DNA of 64,000 nt from Octopus vulgaris. Taxonomy: Eukaryota. The translations under genes and the position numbers were made by a program. This document shows positions 12,412-26,366 of this stretch, in pieces; position 1 is the first letter of the stretch, and every line of letters starts with the position of its first letter. The stretch covers positions 130,882,001 to 130,946,000 of the forward strand of contig OX597817.1 of NCBI GenBank assembly GCA_951406725.2, in the 5' to 3' direction. Under the pieces are notes generated by a model. It searched no databases and had not been told where the DNA came from. It saw only the letters and a program-made list of their open reading frames with translations.

Positions 12412-13489
12412 TAATTTATCGTAGTTAATTCTAAATTTTAGGTTTAGAGTGAAATATATTATAGCGTATAGTGATTCTATTCTCTATTAGTGACTTTGTT
12501 CTCTTTATCTATTAAAGCTAAAATGTATTCGTATTTTTCATTGATAAATGTATATTTCCATCTGTTTGTTCTATCTCTGTTAGTAACGTAATTCCACGAG
12601 TTTTCTTATAAACGCTCAAAAAGACGTTTTCCGTTTTGAAATTTTAGTTAATGACACGCTTTTTGAGAGATAAGTAAACTTTTTTTTATTTAAGAAATAT
12701 TATTGTATTCTATATAACTATTGATTGTTAAATTTGAATTTATATTTTTCCTAGTTATTAATAATAATTTAGATTTGTACATTTATTTAATTATTATTAG
12801 TATATAATTACCATAACTAAACGTAGATTTTAAGATATTAGTTAGTCACTTTGCGATATTGATCGTAAAAATGTTTTTGATAATAGTGATGATAATAGTA
12901 ATAATAAATATGTTACAAAGATAGGTTATACGTATTTAATTTGAATTTTTTAATTCTTAAATTGTATTTCATAAATATATTCTATAGATATCTATAATAT
13001 TTATGTAAGTATTAATGAACTAATTTATTTTTGGTTATATGTTTATACATTTATTGATAGAGAAAAATTTAGATTTTAATTACAATATTTGTTGATTATA
13101 ATTTGGATACATATTTTTATGTATTTATTATTTTATAATTATTATATGCGAACTAAAATCTAAAAATATTAATAGTGATTATTTTCTTAAATAATTTGGT
13201 AATTAAATATTGGAGTATAACTGAGTTAAAGATATTCGATAGTTTATTAATGATTTTTAAGCCAAATTATATCTTCACAGATAAATACATATTTCTCTAT
13301 TTTTTTTACCTTAAAGATTAAATATTTTTTTACCTTAACTATTAAATATTTTACATAATAAATAATCCTATATTTTAAGTTTCAAATTTAGTTAATAGAG
13401 TTTTTTCTATAAGAAAAATTATTATTTTATTTATTTTAAAAATAAATATTGTTTCACTCTATTTGCTTATTTATTTAACTATTATCTTT

Positions 13490-13589
13490 AACCTGAAGAT
13501 TGACTATAATTTTAAACTGAATTTATTTCAATTGAATGTAAATTTAATTGTAATTCGAATTTAATTGTAGCCATGAAGCGTATGTAGTT
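13490..13589 (+). ncRNA. Type I hammerhead motif with long stem II, at the 3' end of an AT-rich element (~12412-13743)
   Basis: AAC-CTGAAGA-TTGACTATAATT...AATTGTAGCCAT-GAAG-CGTATG-TA-GTT. One core deviation (GAAG for GAAA). Confidence 0.6.
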
Positions 13590-13737
13590 TTTTTACTTGT
13601 TATATATTGATTATTCATTTTTATACTTTTTGAGATCTAGTTATATGTTTTTTTAAAATTATATTTCATTTGTTGTTTATGTGTGGGTTTATGTCTATCA
13701 CTGTTTAAGTTGCATAATAGTGGTTTTATCTCTAATT

Positions 13738-13770
<33 letters not shown>

Positions 13771-13776
<6 letters not shown>

Positions 13777-14520
13777 GATTAAAATCAAGATAAGGAACAA
13801 GGATATCCGAGGTAATGCAGTACGAGTGTTTCAAGTAACACCAGTTAATTGAACAATGCAATCATTACATCAATTTAAATGCAGAACAATCCTCAGCTGC
13901 ATAAAGGTGGACATATTAGTATAATTTTACCTAAAATCCCCAAGAAGGTAAGGGGGTAGACAAAGAATATGCTGTCTTGACTTCAGCTTAGAAGCTACTA
14001 AGGTATCAGGAAGAAAGACTGTTTACAGATTTTGCTGTCACTGTTTAATGGGGTCAGTTTTAATTTATAGACTAGTTTATCAAATCTGTGTATATCTGAG
14101 GCCAAAAGAACAAGGAGCACTGCCTGTTAGGAAGGGGGCTGAGGGTGTTGACAGAAATCATAGTGAGTATGGTAATAGAAAACTATCATGATTTATTTAA
14201 AACATTATAATGAAATTTGGTAAAGGAAATCTTAAATCAAGATGTTAGCTGACAATTAAAGGGGCAAGCCACTAGTAGACCATTGATGATGAAACGGGAA
14301 ATTTTATCATGTGGTACTATTGTTAAATATTTTTTACAATATTGCCATATTGTATGAAGTTAAAGTTTAGGGTTATTCAGAAGATTTTTAAGAAGATTAT
14401 TATAACAAAAGTATAAAAAGTTTTTTCGAATACTTTTGAGTATATACCAAACTTTTACCACAATTGAAGGAAGAAAAGAAATTACATAGAAATAGTTCAA
14501 TATCTATACATATTATTAAC
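13771..14520 (-). mobile_element. 3' fragment of the Naiad-like PLE family at 28772-33568
   Basis: The reverse complement of 13771-13970 aligns with ~33275-33495. The upstream boundary is approximate. Confidence 0.7.
13815..13902 (-). ncRNA. Type I hammerhead with long stem II
   Basis: On -: ATGCAG-CTGAGGA-[long hairpin]-GAAA-CACTCG-TA-CTGCAT. Stem I is 6 bp, the core is intact and the site is GUA. Confidence 0.8.
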
Positions 14521-14521
14521 T

Positions 14522-15215
14522 AGGGATAGATGAATGGGATAGATGAATGGTTACTGAGAGCTGTGCAAGCCATGTACAGGGACGCTGTCAGTAAGGGGAG
14601 GGTTGGCAACGACTAGAGTGAAGAATTCCGAGTAGAGGTAGGAGTCCACCAAGGTTCAGTCCTTAGCCCCCTCCTATTTATCATTGTCCTCCAGGCAATA
14701 ACAGAGAAATTCAAGACAGGATACCCCTGGGAGCTTCTCTATGCTGACGGCCTTTCTCTAATTGCTGAGTCAAACTAAAGTCCTAATAATTAGGAAGGCA
14801 GATAAACCACAGATCCCTTCAGGTAGATGGCCCTGTTCGATCTGTTGAAAAGGCGTAGGTAGAAACTCTATAAGATATACCCAGTTTATGCTATAGACAC
14901 ATAATAGATGCAGCAATATCAAAGGAAGACTGACTGGGAAGATAGTTTTTGTATGTGGCAGATGCTGTTGGAGCAATAAACACTGAAAATGTGCAGAGAA
15001 CATCTTCCGCCACATTCCAGGGGAAAAAACTAGAAGTAGTTGATGGCTTCCATTACCTAGGTGACCAAGTCAGTAGCGGGTGAAGGTGCGCTGAAAGTTT
15101 AGCTACTATAATAAGAATAGCCTGGGCAAAGTTCAGAGAGCTCTTACCTCTGCTGGTGACAAAGGGCCTCTCGCTCAGAGTGACAGGTAGACTGTGCGAT
15201 GAGTACGAACAGACA
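14522..15215 (+). mobile_element. RTE-clade LINE RT fragment
   Basis: GIDEWLLRAVQAMY...VGVHQGSVLSPLLFIIVL...PWELLYADG. Confidence 0.85.
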
Positions 15216-16179
15216 TGCTACCTTGCAGTAGTGATCAGGTTGCACATGCCAGTCCTTTTGACACCACCCCTCCCGTGTTTTCCCAATCCTAAAAGACAAA
15301 GGGCAAACTGAATCGTTTGGAAAAATGGGAAAGGAAACATTTAATGGAAGATTTACTCGGGCTAACGGGAGGGTGGAGCAAATACAACCAGTACTCGGTA
15401 AGAAGAGAGAGTTGTGCATCGTTGAGAGGACGGTGTGATTTTGAAGTGAAGTGACCGTGAACGAAAAAGAAAAAATTGTTAAATACGGGTGAACAGTCTT
15501 CATGAAAATATGAAAACAAAATTGATAAGCATTCTCGGGGAAACGCGAAGAAATCTTGCCTATCGTCTCGTGCCACTAAATCGAGAAAATAAAATGAAAA
15601 ATAACCTTATAACTTGGTTATTTTTGTACTTATCTGCGGAATTTTTGAACGAACCAAAATCCAAAAATTATTTCACATCAAATCCTACAGGGTGGTATAA
15701 TTTTTTACAGAACAAATGAAAGATGCCAGTAGCAAAAAAATCAAACGGTAATACGACTAAAAGTGTAATTTTTTTTCACTTCATAAAATCTGTTCTTTTA
15801 AACAACATTTTCCACAAAACATTGACGAACTATTAAACAGAAGAGCCTGTAGGTTATGCAAGTGTGCTTTTTATTAAAATCGCCCACAAAACACAACCTC
15901 CACAGCTTGTAGAATCAATCGCAGATGGGTTTTGTTGCCCTAGTAACCACAGTTTTTGAGATGGAGATCTCTAACGCAGTTCAGTCGCTTCTCGTGAATT
16001 GCTCGAAATGTGGAATAGATAAGCAGCCGATAACCGATTAAAGGTCGTTCTTTAAGTTACTTGTCTTGTTTTCCATTTGTTTCCTCGTTGTTATGACCCC
16101 ATTTTCAAGAAATTAGCGAATGTTGCGGATGTGTGTATGTATGAGCTCACACAATATGCAATCGGCAATGTTCGTTAAT

Positions 16180-16215
16180 TTCTTGAAAATGGGGTCATAA
16201 CCTCGAAATATAGAA
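16180..16215 (+). ncRNA. Minimal type I hammerhead, U3-A8 variant; overlaps the right arm of palindrome 16090-16201
   Basis: TTC-TTGAAAA-T-GGGGT(CATA)ACCTC-GAAA-TA-TA-GAA, followed ~35 nt later by (TG)n(TA)n. Confidence 0.6.
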
Positions 16216-16246
16216 TGCATTAATTCATATATTTGTTTTCTTGTGA

Positions 16247-16345
<99 letters not shown>

Positions 16346-16577
16346 TAGGGTATCTACCACCATACTGAAAATAGCAGCCATGATCTCGTAGAGACCCTAA
16401 TTATAATTTATAATTTTAATACTTATTACCTTTGAAAGTTATTTTTTCCATGCTGACCACTTGATAAAATCATTATTTTATTTTTAATTTAACGATCTTA
16501 TCGTTCTTTATGTAAATTTATGTATAAACATACATACATATATGTAAGTATGTTCATATATGATTCCATGTATGCGT

Positions 16578-16612
<35 letters not shown>

Positions 16613-16625
16613 CATACATACATAC

Positions 16626-16932
16626 GGCCCAGTGGTTAGGGCAGCGGACACGCTGTTGTAGAATCGCGGTTTCGATTCCCAAACCGGGCGTTGTGAGTGT
16701 TTATTGAGCGAAAACACTTAAAGCTCCAGGTGTCTCCGCCAGGGCGGGGTGGCGAAGAGTACAGCAGGGGCTGCTGTACTCTTTCGCCACATCTTTCTCT
16801 CTTTCTTCTGTTGGTCTGCTCGCTTAGCCAGCGGGGTGGCGTCATTTGAAGGCTAAAACAATGCAAAGCGCATTGTGACCAGCGATGTGCAGCAACATCT
16901 GATAGCCTGGTCGGTCACGGTGATGACGGTGA
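16626..16932 (+). mobile_element. tRNA-derived SINE (family B head)
   Basis: GGCCCAGTGGTTAGG (A-box-like) and GGTTTCGATTCCC (B-box-like). No complete cloverleaf. Confidence 0.75.
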
Positions 16933-16958
16933 TATATATATATATATATATATATATA

Positions 16959-17100
16959 GGTTCAGTTGAGTATGGTACTTAATTTAAAGGCACCAAAATT
17001 TAGTATGGTATTATCGATATAATTCAAAATGGGGAGACTATAACCAAATAAGCAACAAGGATACCCAGAGGTAATGCATTTCCTCTGGATATCCTTGTTG

Positions 17101-17105
<5 letters not shown>
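16959..17105 (-). mobile_element. Extreme 3' end of the Naiad-like PLE with 29-bp fold-back, flanked by (TA)n on both sides
   Basis: The reverse complement aligns with 33447-33568. Arms 17048-17076 and 17077-17105 differ at 2 positions. Confidence 0.8.
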
Positions 17106-17176
<71 letters not shown>

Positions 17177-17519
17177 TGTGTGTATGTTTGTGTGTGTGTG
17201 TGTGTGTGCGTGTGCGTGGGTGTATGTAAAACTTACTTAGAAAAGGATGCGAGGCGTTCAAGCATGTAACAATATAAATAATATATATATACATGCATAT
17301 ATACATACGTATATGTACATACATGTTTACGTATATGCATATGTGGGCACAGTACGACACAAAACATAAACAAGAAATAATACGAAGTGCGAGGACATTG
17401 AATAAGGGCTATTTTTGCAAGCAACGAAAGAAACAAATGAAAAATTAGACAAGCAACACAGGGAATGAGCTGTGACCATGCTGATGCTCTGCCGTTTTGC
17501 TACAGTGTTATTACTAAGA

Positions 17520-19580
17520 GCCTCCTCTAATATGTGGCACTTGGTGAAGGATGGAGTTTGATATCGCTACCCTCATTTATACCTCTTGCCGTGAGGTAGG
17601 TTCATCTGGGACTCTCGACAGGAAGAGGTCCAGCTTTGATTTAAAAACCACTACATCTACTTTGTGAAAGTTCCTCAGGCTCTTTGGGAGAATATTAAAA
17701 AGCTGTGGGCCCTTGAAACCCAGGTTTTTGCAGTAGCTGGTCCTGAATGGCATAGCTGGGACCTTTGGCACTATGCAGTGTCGTCCCGTTCTGGCATTGG
17801 TGTAGCTTTCAATGCCAAAATTTGGTACAATTCCTTCCAGGATCTTCCAAATATATATTACTGCATACCTCTCCCGTCTTCTTTCCAGGGAATAGAGTCT
17901 TAACTGTTTCAACCTTTCCCAGTAGCTGAGCTGTTGCAAAGAGACGATCTTCTTTGTGAATTTTCTCTGGATTGCTTCAAGGACCGCTGTTAATATCACA
18001 CTTGTGGGTGACCAGAGCTGGGAGCAGTAATCTAGGCGGCTGAGGACGAATGTCTGCCAGAGGACCATCATAGTTTCCTCATCTCTGGTTCTGAATGTTC
18101 TTAGGATCCATCCAGCCAGTCATCTGCACTTTGTCGCCATCTTGGTAATGTGCACTTGGAAAGAGGTATCATCACTCATGTCGATACTCAGATCCCTCAC
18201 AGACTTAGGCTCTGGGATTGAAATTCTCTGTGGACCGGTGTACCCTGTAAGGTTCATATTCAGTTTTGGATTCTGGTAGCGTAGGGTTTGGAATCTTTCA
18301 GCATTAAACTGTATATTATTATCGTCAGCCCATCTGTTAATTGAGTCCAGCTCCTGCTGCAGGTGTGCCACATCGCTGGGGTTCTGTATTTTCTGTGAGA
18401 CTTTCGTATCGTCTGCATAACTTGCAAGGGTGGCTATCCGGACATTTGAGTGCATATCTGAGAGGGCCACTATAAAAAGCAGTGGTCCCAAGACAGTGCC
18501 CTGTGGAACACCGCTCACTATTTGTGTGTTCATAGTGGTGGCTCCATTAGCCACTACTGCCTAGCTCCTATCTTTCAGAAAGTCATGTAACCACTCCAGC
18601 TATGCCAAGGTCACGCAGTTTGTGGCATATCATACCATGATCCACCTTGTCAAAAGCTTTTCCAAAATCAAGGTATATAACGTCCACATTTGATTTGTTG
18701 AGTAACTGCCTCAACACCCAGTTATAATATTGTAAGAGCTGGGTCAGGCAGCTCCTACATGGTCGAAAACCATGCTGGGTATCACTCAGCAAGTTATTTT
18801 CTTGAAGGAATGCGATTAGTTTCCCTCTGACTATCCGTTCCATGACTTTGCTGATGCGTGAAGTCAGAGAGATAGGCCTATAGTTTTTGGCATCTGCTCT
18901 ACTTCCCACTTTATGTATTGGGTATATTATTCCCGCCTTCAGCTTGCTTGGCAGTTTGCCATTTGTAAGAAAGCTCTGGAGGAGAATCTGGAGGGGTTTT
19001 GCCAGAGAATCTTTACACGATTTGAAGGGGATTGCTGGGAAACCATCAGGACTAGCAGTTGAGTTTGTGTCCACTTCCTCTATGGCTAGTAGTATATCTT
19101 CTTCGCTAATATCCATATATTCCATTGCAACTGCCACGCTGGTTATAGGTGATGCGGCAAAGAAGTCCACTGGTTCGTTCAATTGTCTGTGTTCCAACGG
19201 GGTGATAAAGACACTTTTTAAGTGGTCATTCAGTATCTCACTGATCTTAGTTGGACCGTATGTGAGGGAGCCATCCTTTTGGAGGAGGGTTCCTATGTTT
19301 TAGTGTACTGAGGCTGTTTCATTCGCGTAATGAAAGAAGGCCTTTGGGTTTGACTTAGTGTTTTTTATAACCCAGGCTTCTTTGTCTGCTTTCTCCCTCA
19401 CATAGGATTGTTGCAGCCTTTTTTCGATCTCCATCAGTGTTATTTTTAGGCGGGACGTTTCGCTACTTTTGGGATGCTGGTTGAGTCGATTTGCAACCTT
19501 CGTCCTTTGTCTCATGAGGATCTTCCGCTCCCTTGGAATCTTGCTCCTATTTATTATGGCCTTGTGCTCCGGGACATGTC
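17520..19580 (-). mobile_element. 5'-truncated CR1-like LINE (RT, disrupted)
   Basis: YRPISLTS, QHGFRPCRSCLTQLL, IYLDFGKAFDKVDH, SGVPQGTVLGPLLF, YADDTK, LSRLDYCSQLWSP. Confidence 0.92.
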
Positions 19581-19622
19581 AATGTCTGGTGTGGAGAGAC
19601 ATTTCGGTCTATATATATAAAT

Positions 19623-20191
<569 letters not shown>

Positions 20192-20221
20192 TATAAATAT
20201 ATATATATATACATATACATA

Positions 20222-21419
20222 CAGTTGTTGGACAAAATAATGGAAACACTATGCATTATAGCATTATAATACTGAAATATCTATAAAACCGTCAAAAGCT
20301 TGTTTACTTTTATGTTTTTCGATTTATTATTAGTGTTGCTTAATGTTTTGATAAAATTGCTGTTTCTTTTCAGATATCATTAGAAAAACGTAATTAGATT
20401 TCATTAAAATGACGGATCTAACGGTCAAATTGTTGGTGCTCGTATGGCAGATGCTAGCATAACGAAAACAGCCGAAATGTTTGATGTTTCAAGAAGCACT
20501 GTCTCAAAAGTAATGACAGCCTTTGAGAAAGAGCGAAAAACCTCCTCGCGGAAACAAAACTCCGGAAGAATACCAAAACTTTCAGATAGGGACCGTTGGA
20601 TTCTTACGCGAATTGTTAGAAAGGATCACAAAAGTACAGCTCCCAAAATTACTGCAGAGCGTAATGACCACCTCCAGAACGCAGCTTCCACAGCCGGAAG
20701 CTGCACAATGCCGGATTTCACGGGAGGGCTGCAATCAGAAAACCATTACAGAAATGGTCCCTAGAGCAGCGGAAGAATGTTATTTTCCCGGACTAGTCAT
20801 CTTTTACCTTATTTCCGACCACCAACCGTGTAAACGTGTGGAGACAGTAAAAAGAAGCATTTTGACCTAGTCTGCCTTCTTCCAACTGTTAAACATGGAG
20901 GAGGATTGTGATGATCTGGGGAGAGGGTGCTATATCTTGGAAATCCGCCAGCCCAATGGTTTCCTTTCACGGCAGAATTAATAGTCAAGACTATTTAAGC
21001 ATTTTATCTGATCAAATTCATCCTATTGTTGCGGTTTTTTTTCGGAGAGAAACGCAATCTTTCAGGATGATAATGCATCAATTCACACAGCTAAAGTTGT
21101 TACTGAATAGCACGAGGAACATTCTAGTGAAGTTGAACTTATTATCTGGCCACCACAGTCCCCAGATCACAATATTATTGAACATTTATGGTGCATTTTA
21201 GAAAAACAAGTAAGGATTCGATATCCTCCACTACACTACAAGAACTAGAGACTGTTTTAACTGAAGAATGGACAAACATTCCTTTGGAAGCAATTCAAAC
21301 TGTGTATGAGTCCATACCTCGTAGAATTCAAGCTGTAATTACTACCAAAGGCGGTCCTACCCCATATTAAAATAAATACGTTTGTCATTTTAAGGTGATT
21401 CTATTATTTTGTCCAAGTC

Positions 21420-21422
<3 letters not shown>
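20222..21422 (+). mobile_element. Tc1-family DNA transposon, defective
   Basis: Imperfect TIRs CAGTTGTTGGACAAAATAATGGAAACAC / GTGATTCTATTATTTTGTCCAAGTCCTG. HTH region SGRIPKLSDRD, and FQDDNA...WPPQSPDHNIIEHLW across frameshifts. Confidence 0.92.
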
Positions 21423-21488
<66 letters not shown>

Positions 21489-21904
21489 CACTGCTAGATC
21501 CTAAGAGGATTTACACAAAGCTTTAATGTTTTCTTACCCTCATTTATTTCAATTGTTATTTATTGTTATAATATTCATCATTGTGATATCCGCTTTTCTT
21601 TACTATATCGTCACCACCTCCTCCACCACGACCACCATTGCTGATGGTGTCACGTTGAAACTACCAATCCCCTAGACATTGTACATACTTCTCTTTCTGA
21701 ATCTCGACTTGGTTTTCTTTTCCCCCTCAGCATTTCCCTCACAATGCGAAGAAATTTTACAATGTGTATGTTTTTGTGTGTGTGTGTGTGTACATATGTA
21801 CGTATATCAACAGGAAATTGGAGATTTTTCGGTATACACACATGCACATACACATATATGCACACCCACGCACATATACATACACATAGACACATACGCA
21901 CGCA

Positions 21905-21991
<87 letters not shown>

Positions 21992-22088
21992 TGACCCAAG
22001 TGTAGAGATTTCACAGTTCGCTTTTCCTTCGACAGGTATACACCAAGCACAAAATTTCTCTGTTGAAGATACTACAACCGCCATCAAA

Positions 22089-22247
22089 ATGATTTCTGCT
22101 TCAAAACTACGAGATTCTCTTGCCAAATTCCACCAGAAACTCGGCACTCCTCTGATTATGGTCGGTGTGATGTTTGTTATGATGGCTGTAACTTACTTCC
22201 ATCAGACTTCACGTATATCAGAGTTAGAGAAAAGAGACATTGAACAG
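22089..22247 (+). CDS. Probable first coding exon: short N-terminus, hydrophobic segment and start of a coiled coil
   Basis: Acceptor CTTTTCCTTCGACAG ends at 22035; AAAATG start at 22089; MISASKLRDSLAKFHQKLGTPLIMVGVMFVMMAVTYFHQTSRISELEKRDIEQ; donor CAG/GTAAGA (phase 0). Linkage to the downstream exons is inferred. Confidence 0.6.
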
Positions 22248-23316
22248 GTAAGATTATTTGCTTTATACGTACTCTACGTTGAATTATCAAAGGTAGGATG
22301 GGGTTTATGCAATCTGTGAACAGAATTATTGATTGATAGGATGTGAACTGAACACTAAGAATACTTAACAAATATGTTTGATTTGATATTGTGGGAGCAC
22401 AAATCACTATAATATATCCGAGGCAACCAGAATAGATCAAGACTCATCAATTTTTTTACGGTGTGGGTCAGGTAACTGAGAGAATGACGAGCGCGGACCA
22501 CATAACCATTTTGTTTAATAGAAAACAGTGAATACGCAAAATATAGAGACAATGAACATATTTACCAACAAGTTATCAAAGGCGATGTTAAGCAATAAGA
22601 TAGTTATATCACACCCAGTGCGCACATATCCGAATTTCACAAACTAAGAGCAAAATAGATTAGTGAGATTTGTGAAATTGGTGTTTAGCTTTTAAGATAT
22701 CATCAATATTTACTTTGGAATTGCGGCATCCAACCAAGAAAATTGATTTCAAATGTTCTTTAGTCAACCTCGTTTGATGTGCTGACTTCACATGTTTCAT
22801 TTTTTAGAATGTTTGCTCACAGACATAAGTTGTTCCAAAAACTGATGCCAAATCAGAGCCAAATGAACTCTCATTGCAGGTACTTACACAAAAGGTATAA
22901 GGCGGCGCGAGCCGGATGAACTGACCTCGCGAGCCGTAGTTTGGTGACCCCTGCGATAGATGTTGATGCATTTATGGATTTCTTACAACTACCAATAATA
23001 TATACACTTACTAGCACTAACACCAAGTATAATGATTTTAATCCCACACACGAACAATAATCTATAGACTCAGCTTGTATTATCGTCTGGTTTACACCAC
23101 ACGCAAACGCACACACACACAGTGAACGAATAAAATGAAAGTAAATAGCGACAGAGTGATTTGAGGAAGACTAAAGTGAAAGTATTCTGTCTATGACGCT
23201 GATAGATACATGAGTAAAATGTATGGGAAGCTAAGAGCTAAGAGTGAGTGAAATGTTCTTGGAAGAGTAATTAGTAATAAAGTAAACATACACTCATACA
23301 TACATACATACATACA

Positions 23317-23348
<32 letters not shown>

Positions 23349-23583
23349 CATACACACACACATACACACACATACATACACACACACATACATACACACA
23401 TACATACATACATACATATACATACATACATACATATACATACATACATACACACACACACATACACACACACAGTATTGAAGCTTGAGAACAATCAGAT
23501 ACATTTACAACACATCTGTTGAAAATATTTTTTTTCACACACATACATATATATATATATACACAGACATAGACACAGATAGA

Positions 23584-23631
<48 letters not shown>

Positions 23632-23699
23632 TGATCCAGCATGGCCACAACCTCAAGGCTGAAACATATAAAAGAATATGAATATAAATGTGTGCAAAG

Positions 23700-24045
23700 T
23701 ACAAGAAATATTAATGCAGTATATGGGGATTGGACAATAAGCGTAAGGCAGTGTCAATGGTGGTTCCAGAAATCCTGAGCCCAAAACTACAGCCTAGAGA
23801 CGAGCCTCATCCTGAAAGATCTGTAGAACTCGACAAGGACATCCTGAAAACCCTGGTTAACAAAATATCATCGTAACTGTTGAGGAACTAGCAGAGAAGC
23901 TTGGATTTGGTCATTCAACCATTCATTGACACCTGTGTGCTATCGGAAAAGTCAGCAAATTGGGTCAATGGGTTCCTCACGAACTTTCCGAGTCTAATTG
24001 CATGCAGAGAGTGAATGTATGCTTTTCTTTGCTGTCATATCTCAC
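23700..24045 (+). mobile_element. mariner transposase N-terminal remnant
   Basis: CQWWFQK...EELAEKLGFGHSTI...KLGQWVPHEL. Confidence 0.75.
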
Positions 24046-24064
24046 CACTACTGCGCTATGTATA

Positions 24065-24575
24065 TCTATATATATAAAACTGTAGTTGTGTGAGTGTCTG
24101 TCCCCTTCCATTTAGATTCCTAACTACTCCCACATTTTGCGGTACAGTTTAACCAAATTCGGGTAGCTTATAGTCGTGATTCATATCGAGCCTGTCTGAA
24201 TATTGGCGGTCTACACGATGAGTCTACGATTTTAAAAATAATTTAACATCATTTTTTATTCCATTTTAATGCATAATTTTTCGTGTGTCGATGGCGGCGG
24301 AGTTGGCGTCCACGCTCACACCTGCACCTGTGGGGAAGGGAGTGTAAGGAAATCAACGTCGTAATGCGTTGTCAAGGAGACCAGTGTTCTTTTAGAACAA
24401 CGACTTCATGGCTTGAAGACACCAAAACAGAAATGAAAGCGTCTACATGAGTCTACGATTGAAAAAAAATTTACCATCGTTTTTTTTCCATTTTAATGCA
24501 TTGTTTCGCTATTATATAAGGGAAGTAACTCTAAAAATGTCTACGATGAGTCAACGATTTAAAAAAAAATTTACC

Positions 24576-24576
<1 letters not shown>
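24065..24576 (+). mobile_element. Non-autonomous Helitron-like 5' end
   Basis: A|TCTATATATATAAAACTG start (same start as 37556 on -). Internally repeated GAGTCTACGATT..AAAAA.ATTTA.CAT blocks. Confidence 0.5.
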
Positions 24577-24615
<39 letters not shown>

Positions 24616-24716
24616 GTGTATATATATATATATACATATAACATGTGACCTCGTGAGCACCGCCAGCAATTTTTTTTTCCTCTGTCTTCCCTTCTCGGGA
24701 TCTTTCCTTCTCCTTT

Positions 24717-24751
24717 GTTTCCGACGAAGAGCTCCGCTCGAAACGTTAAAC
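24717..24751 (+). ncRNA. Minimal type I hammerhead in a short PLE-end element (~24644-24849) between (TA)n arrays
   Basis: GTTT-CCGACGA-A-GAGC(TCC)GCTC-GAAA-CG-TT-AAAC. Perfect stems, palindromic AACGTT, U4C change in the core. Confidence 0.75.
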
Positions 24752-24845
24752 CCTCCTTCTTCCCTTCTCTCCTGAGCGTCCAATAATACTTGATTTGTTC
24801 CACGTCCTCGCGTTGCTGTTTCTTTTTGTGTTTTCTTGTTTGGAT

Positions 24846-24938
<93 letters not shown>

Positions 24939-25779
24939 TATGTATGTCTGTATACACAAACATACACACACAGACACACACACAGATGCATATCTGATAT
25001 CGAAATACGTTTTCTATGTAATTTCAGACTACACGTCCACCTACACCAAGTGGCGGTAAGTTTTGCATTTTAATGGCCATTATATTCACACCTGTCTTTA
25101 TTTGTACACGTATTATGAACTGTTTCCTTCTCTGTTTCTCTCCCTCTCTCTATTTATTCTTCATATTTTCTTCGCAGAGTTTTGTCGCTTACTCTTTAGA
25201 GAGAAAGTAAACCTCCCCTGCAAATACTGCTTGGCCACAACATTTGATGAGTCGTCGCTCACTTCCTACTTGGTCCTGGAACATCCCATAACTTCCCCAA
25301 GCATTCTCTTAATTCCAGTAACTTCTGGATCATAGTCGTTTCATTCTTCTCTTTATCCAGCCTGGACTATTCGAATGTTATTGCTTCCGTTGAAACACAT
25401 GTCTCTTTCTCTACAACACCACTCATCTACCCAGCCCCAACTCCTCCTTCCATGTCACGTACCACTTCCCCTGTGCTACAAACAACGTTACATACTGCAC
25501 GTAGTACAAAAAAGTCTGCGTTGTAGTATGCAGTGTCCGGTTGGAGATTGGCACACTGTTTTGAAGAGAATCTTTCGAACATCTGACACAACTTTAAATA
25601 GTATCTCAACATTTCTAATCTGTCCGTACACATAGCTGCACACACACACACATATACATATACAAACATACATACATACATACATACATACATACATACA
25701 TACATACATACATACATACATGCATGCATACATGCATGCATACATACATACCTATATACATACATACATACAAATATAA

Positions 25780-25832
<53 letters not shown>

Positions 25833-25835
<3 letters not shown>

Positions 25836-26024
25836 ATAGAAATGGTAAAAAATAAAAGAATGAAAGAGACCTTGATATTTTGTAAATTGAGGAATTTATC
25901 TGTAAATATAAGGTGGCAATTATTCGGTAGCCATGATAAAACTCCGAGTTTCGGATGGCGGCGTGGGTTACCACCCCAACATCCGAGATTCGGAGTTTCA
26001 TGTTTGCTACCGAATAATTGTCAC
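25833..26024 (-). mobile_element. PLE-like end with fold-back palindrome (25913-26024) carrying the 3' half of a hammerhead
   Basis: GTGGCAATTATTCGGTAGC...GCTACCGAATAATTGTCAC. On -: CATCC-GAAA-CTCGGAG-TT next to the central hairpin. (TA)n on both sides. Confidence 0.65.
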
Positions 26025-26242
26025 ATATATATATATATATATATATATATACCATACAAATAAGAAAATGTAGAAACAATTTAGTTGGTTCATCAGCTTT
26101 CGGATATTAGAATGTTGATTTATTTATTAATTTAACAAAAAACGAGAACCTTAATAACATACATACATTATAATTCAATACATATAAGAGAAGAATGCAA
26201 TTATAAAAACCTTAATATAAATTATTGAAATCATTAAAATCA

Positions 26243-26366
26243 CTCTTACAGCTGTTTCAGCCTATGGAAAAAGTAGTGTTTCAGTGCCTACAGTTGTCAA
26301 TTATATTGAGGTTGTAGGCATTTAAAAATAGGGTACTTATATATAACCATAGGTCTCGTCAGATAT
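26243..26366 (-). ncRNA. Type I hammerhead with very long stem II (element ~26052-26415)
   Basis: On -: CTGACGA-GACCTATGG...TGCCTACA...TGTAGGCA...CCATAGGCT-GAAA-CAGCTG-TA. Perfect palindrome ACAGCTGT; stem I decayed. Confidence 0.75.

Noticed and set aside
16090-16201. Pre-miRNA-like hairpin with G-U-compatible mismatches
   Set aside because: The right arm runs into a hammerhead and a TA array, so an inverted PLE end explains it. There is no expression evidence for a miRNA.
16626-16690. tRNA genes at SINE heads (also ~27195-27262)
   Set aside because: Only A/B-box-like remnants, continuing into SINE bodies or truncated; no full cloverleaf.
22808-22879. Candidate linking exon (TTTTTAG...CAG/GTACTT)
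   Set aside because: In the required phase-0 frame it has TAA at 22826-22828 and ends in phase 0, so it does not bridge to the phase-1 exon. Other candidates near 26950, 27800 and 28447 had weak sites or the wrong phase.
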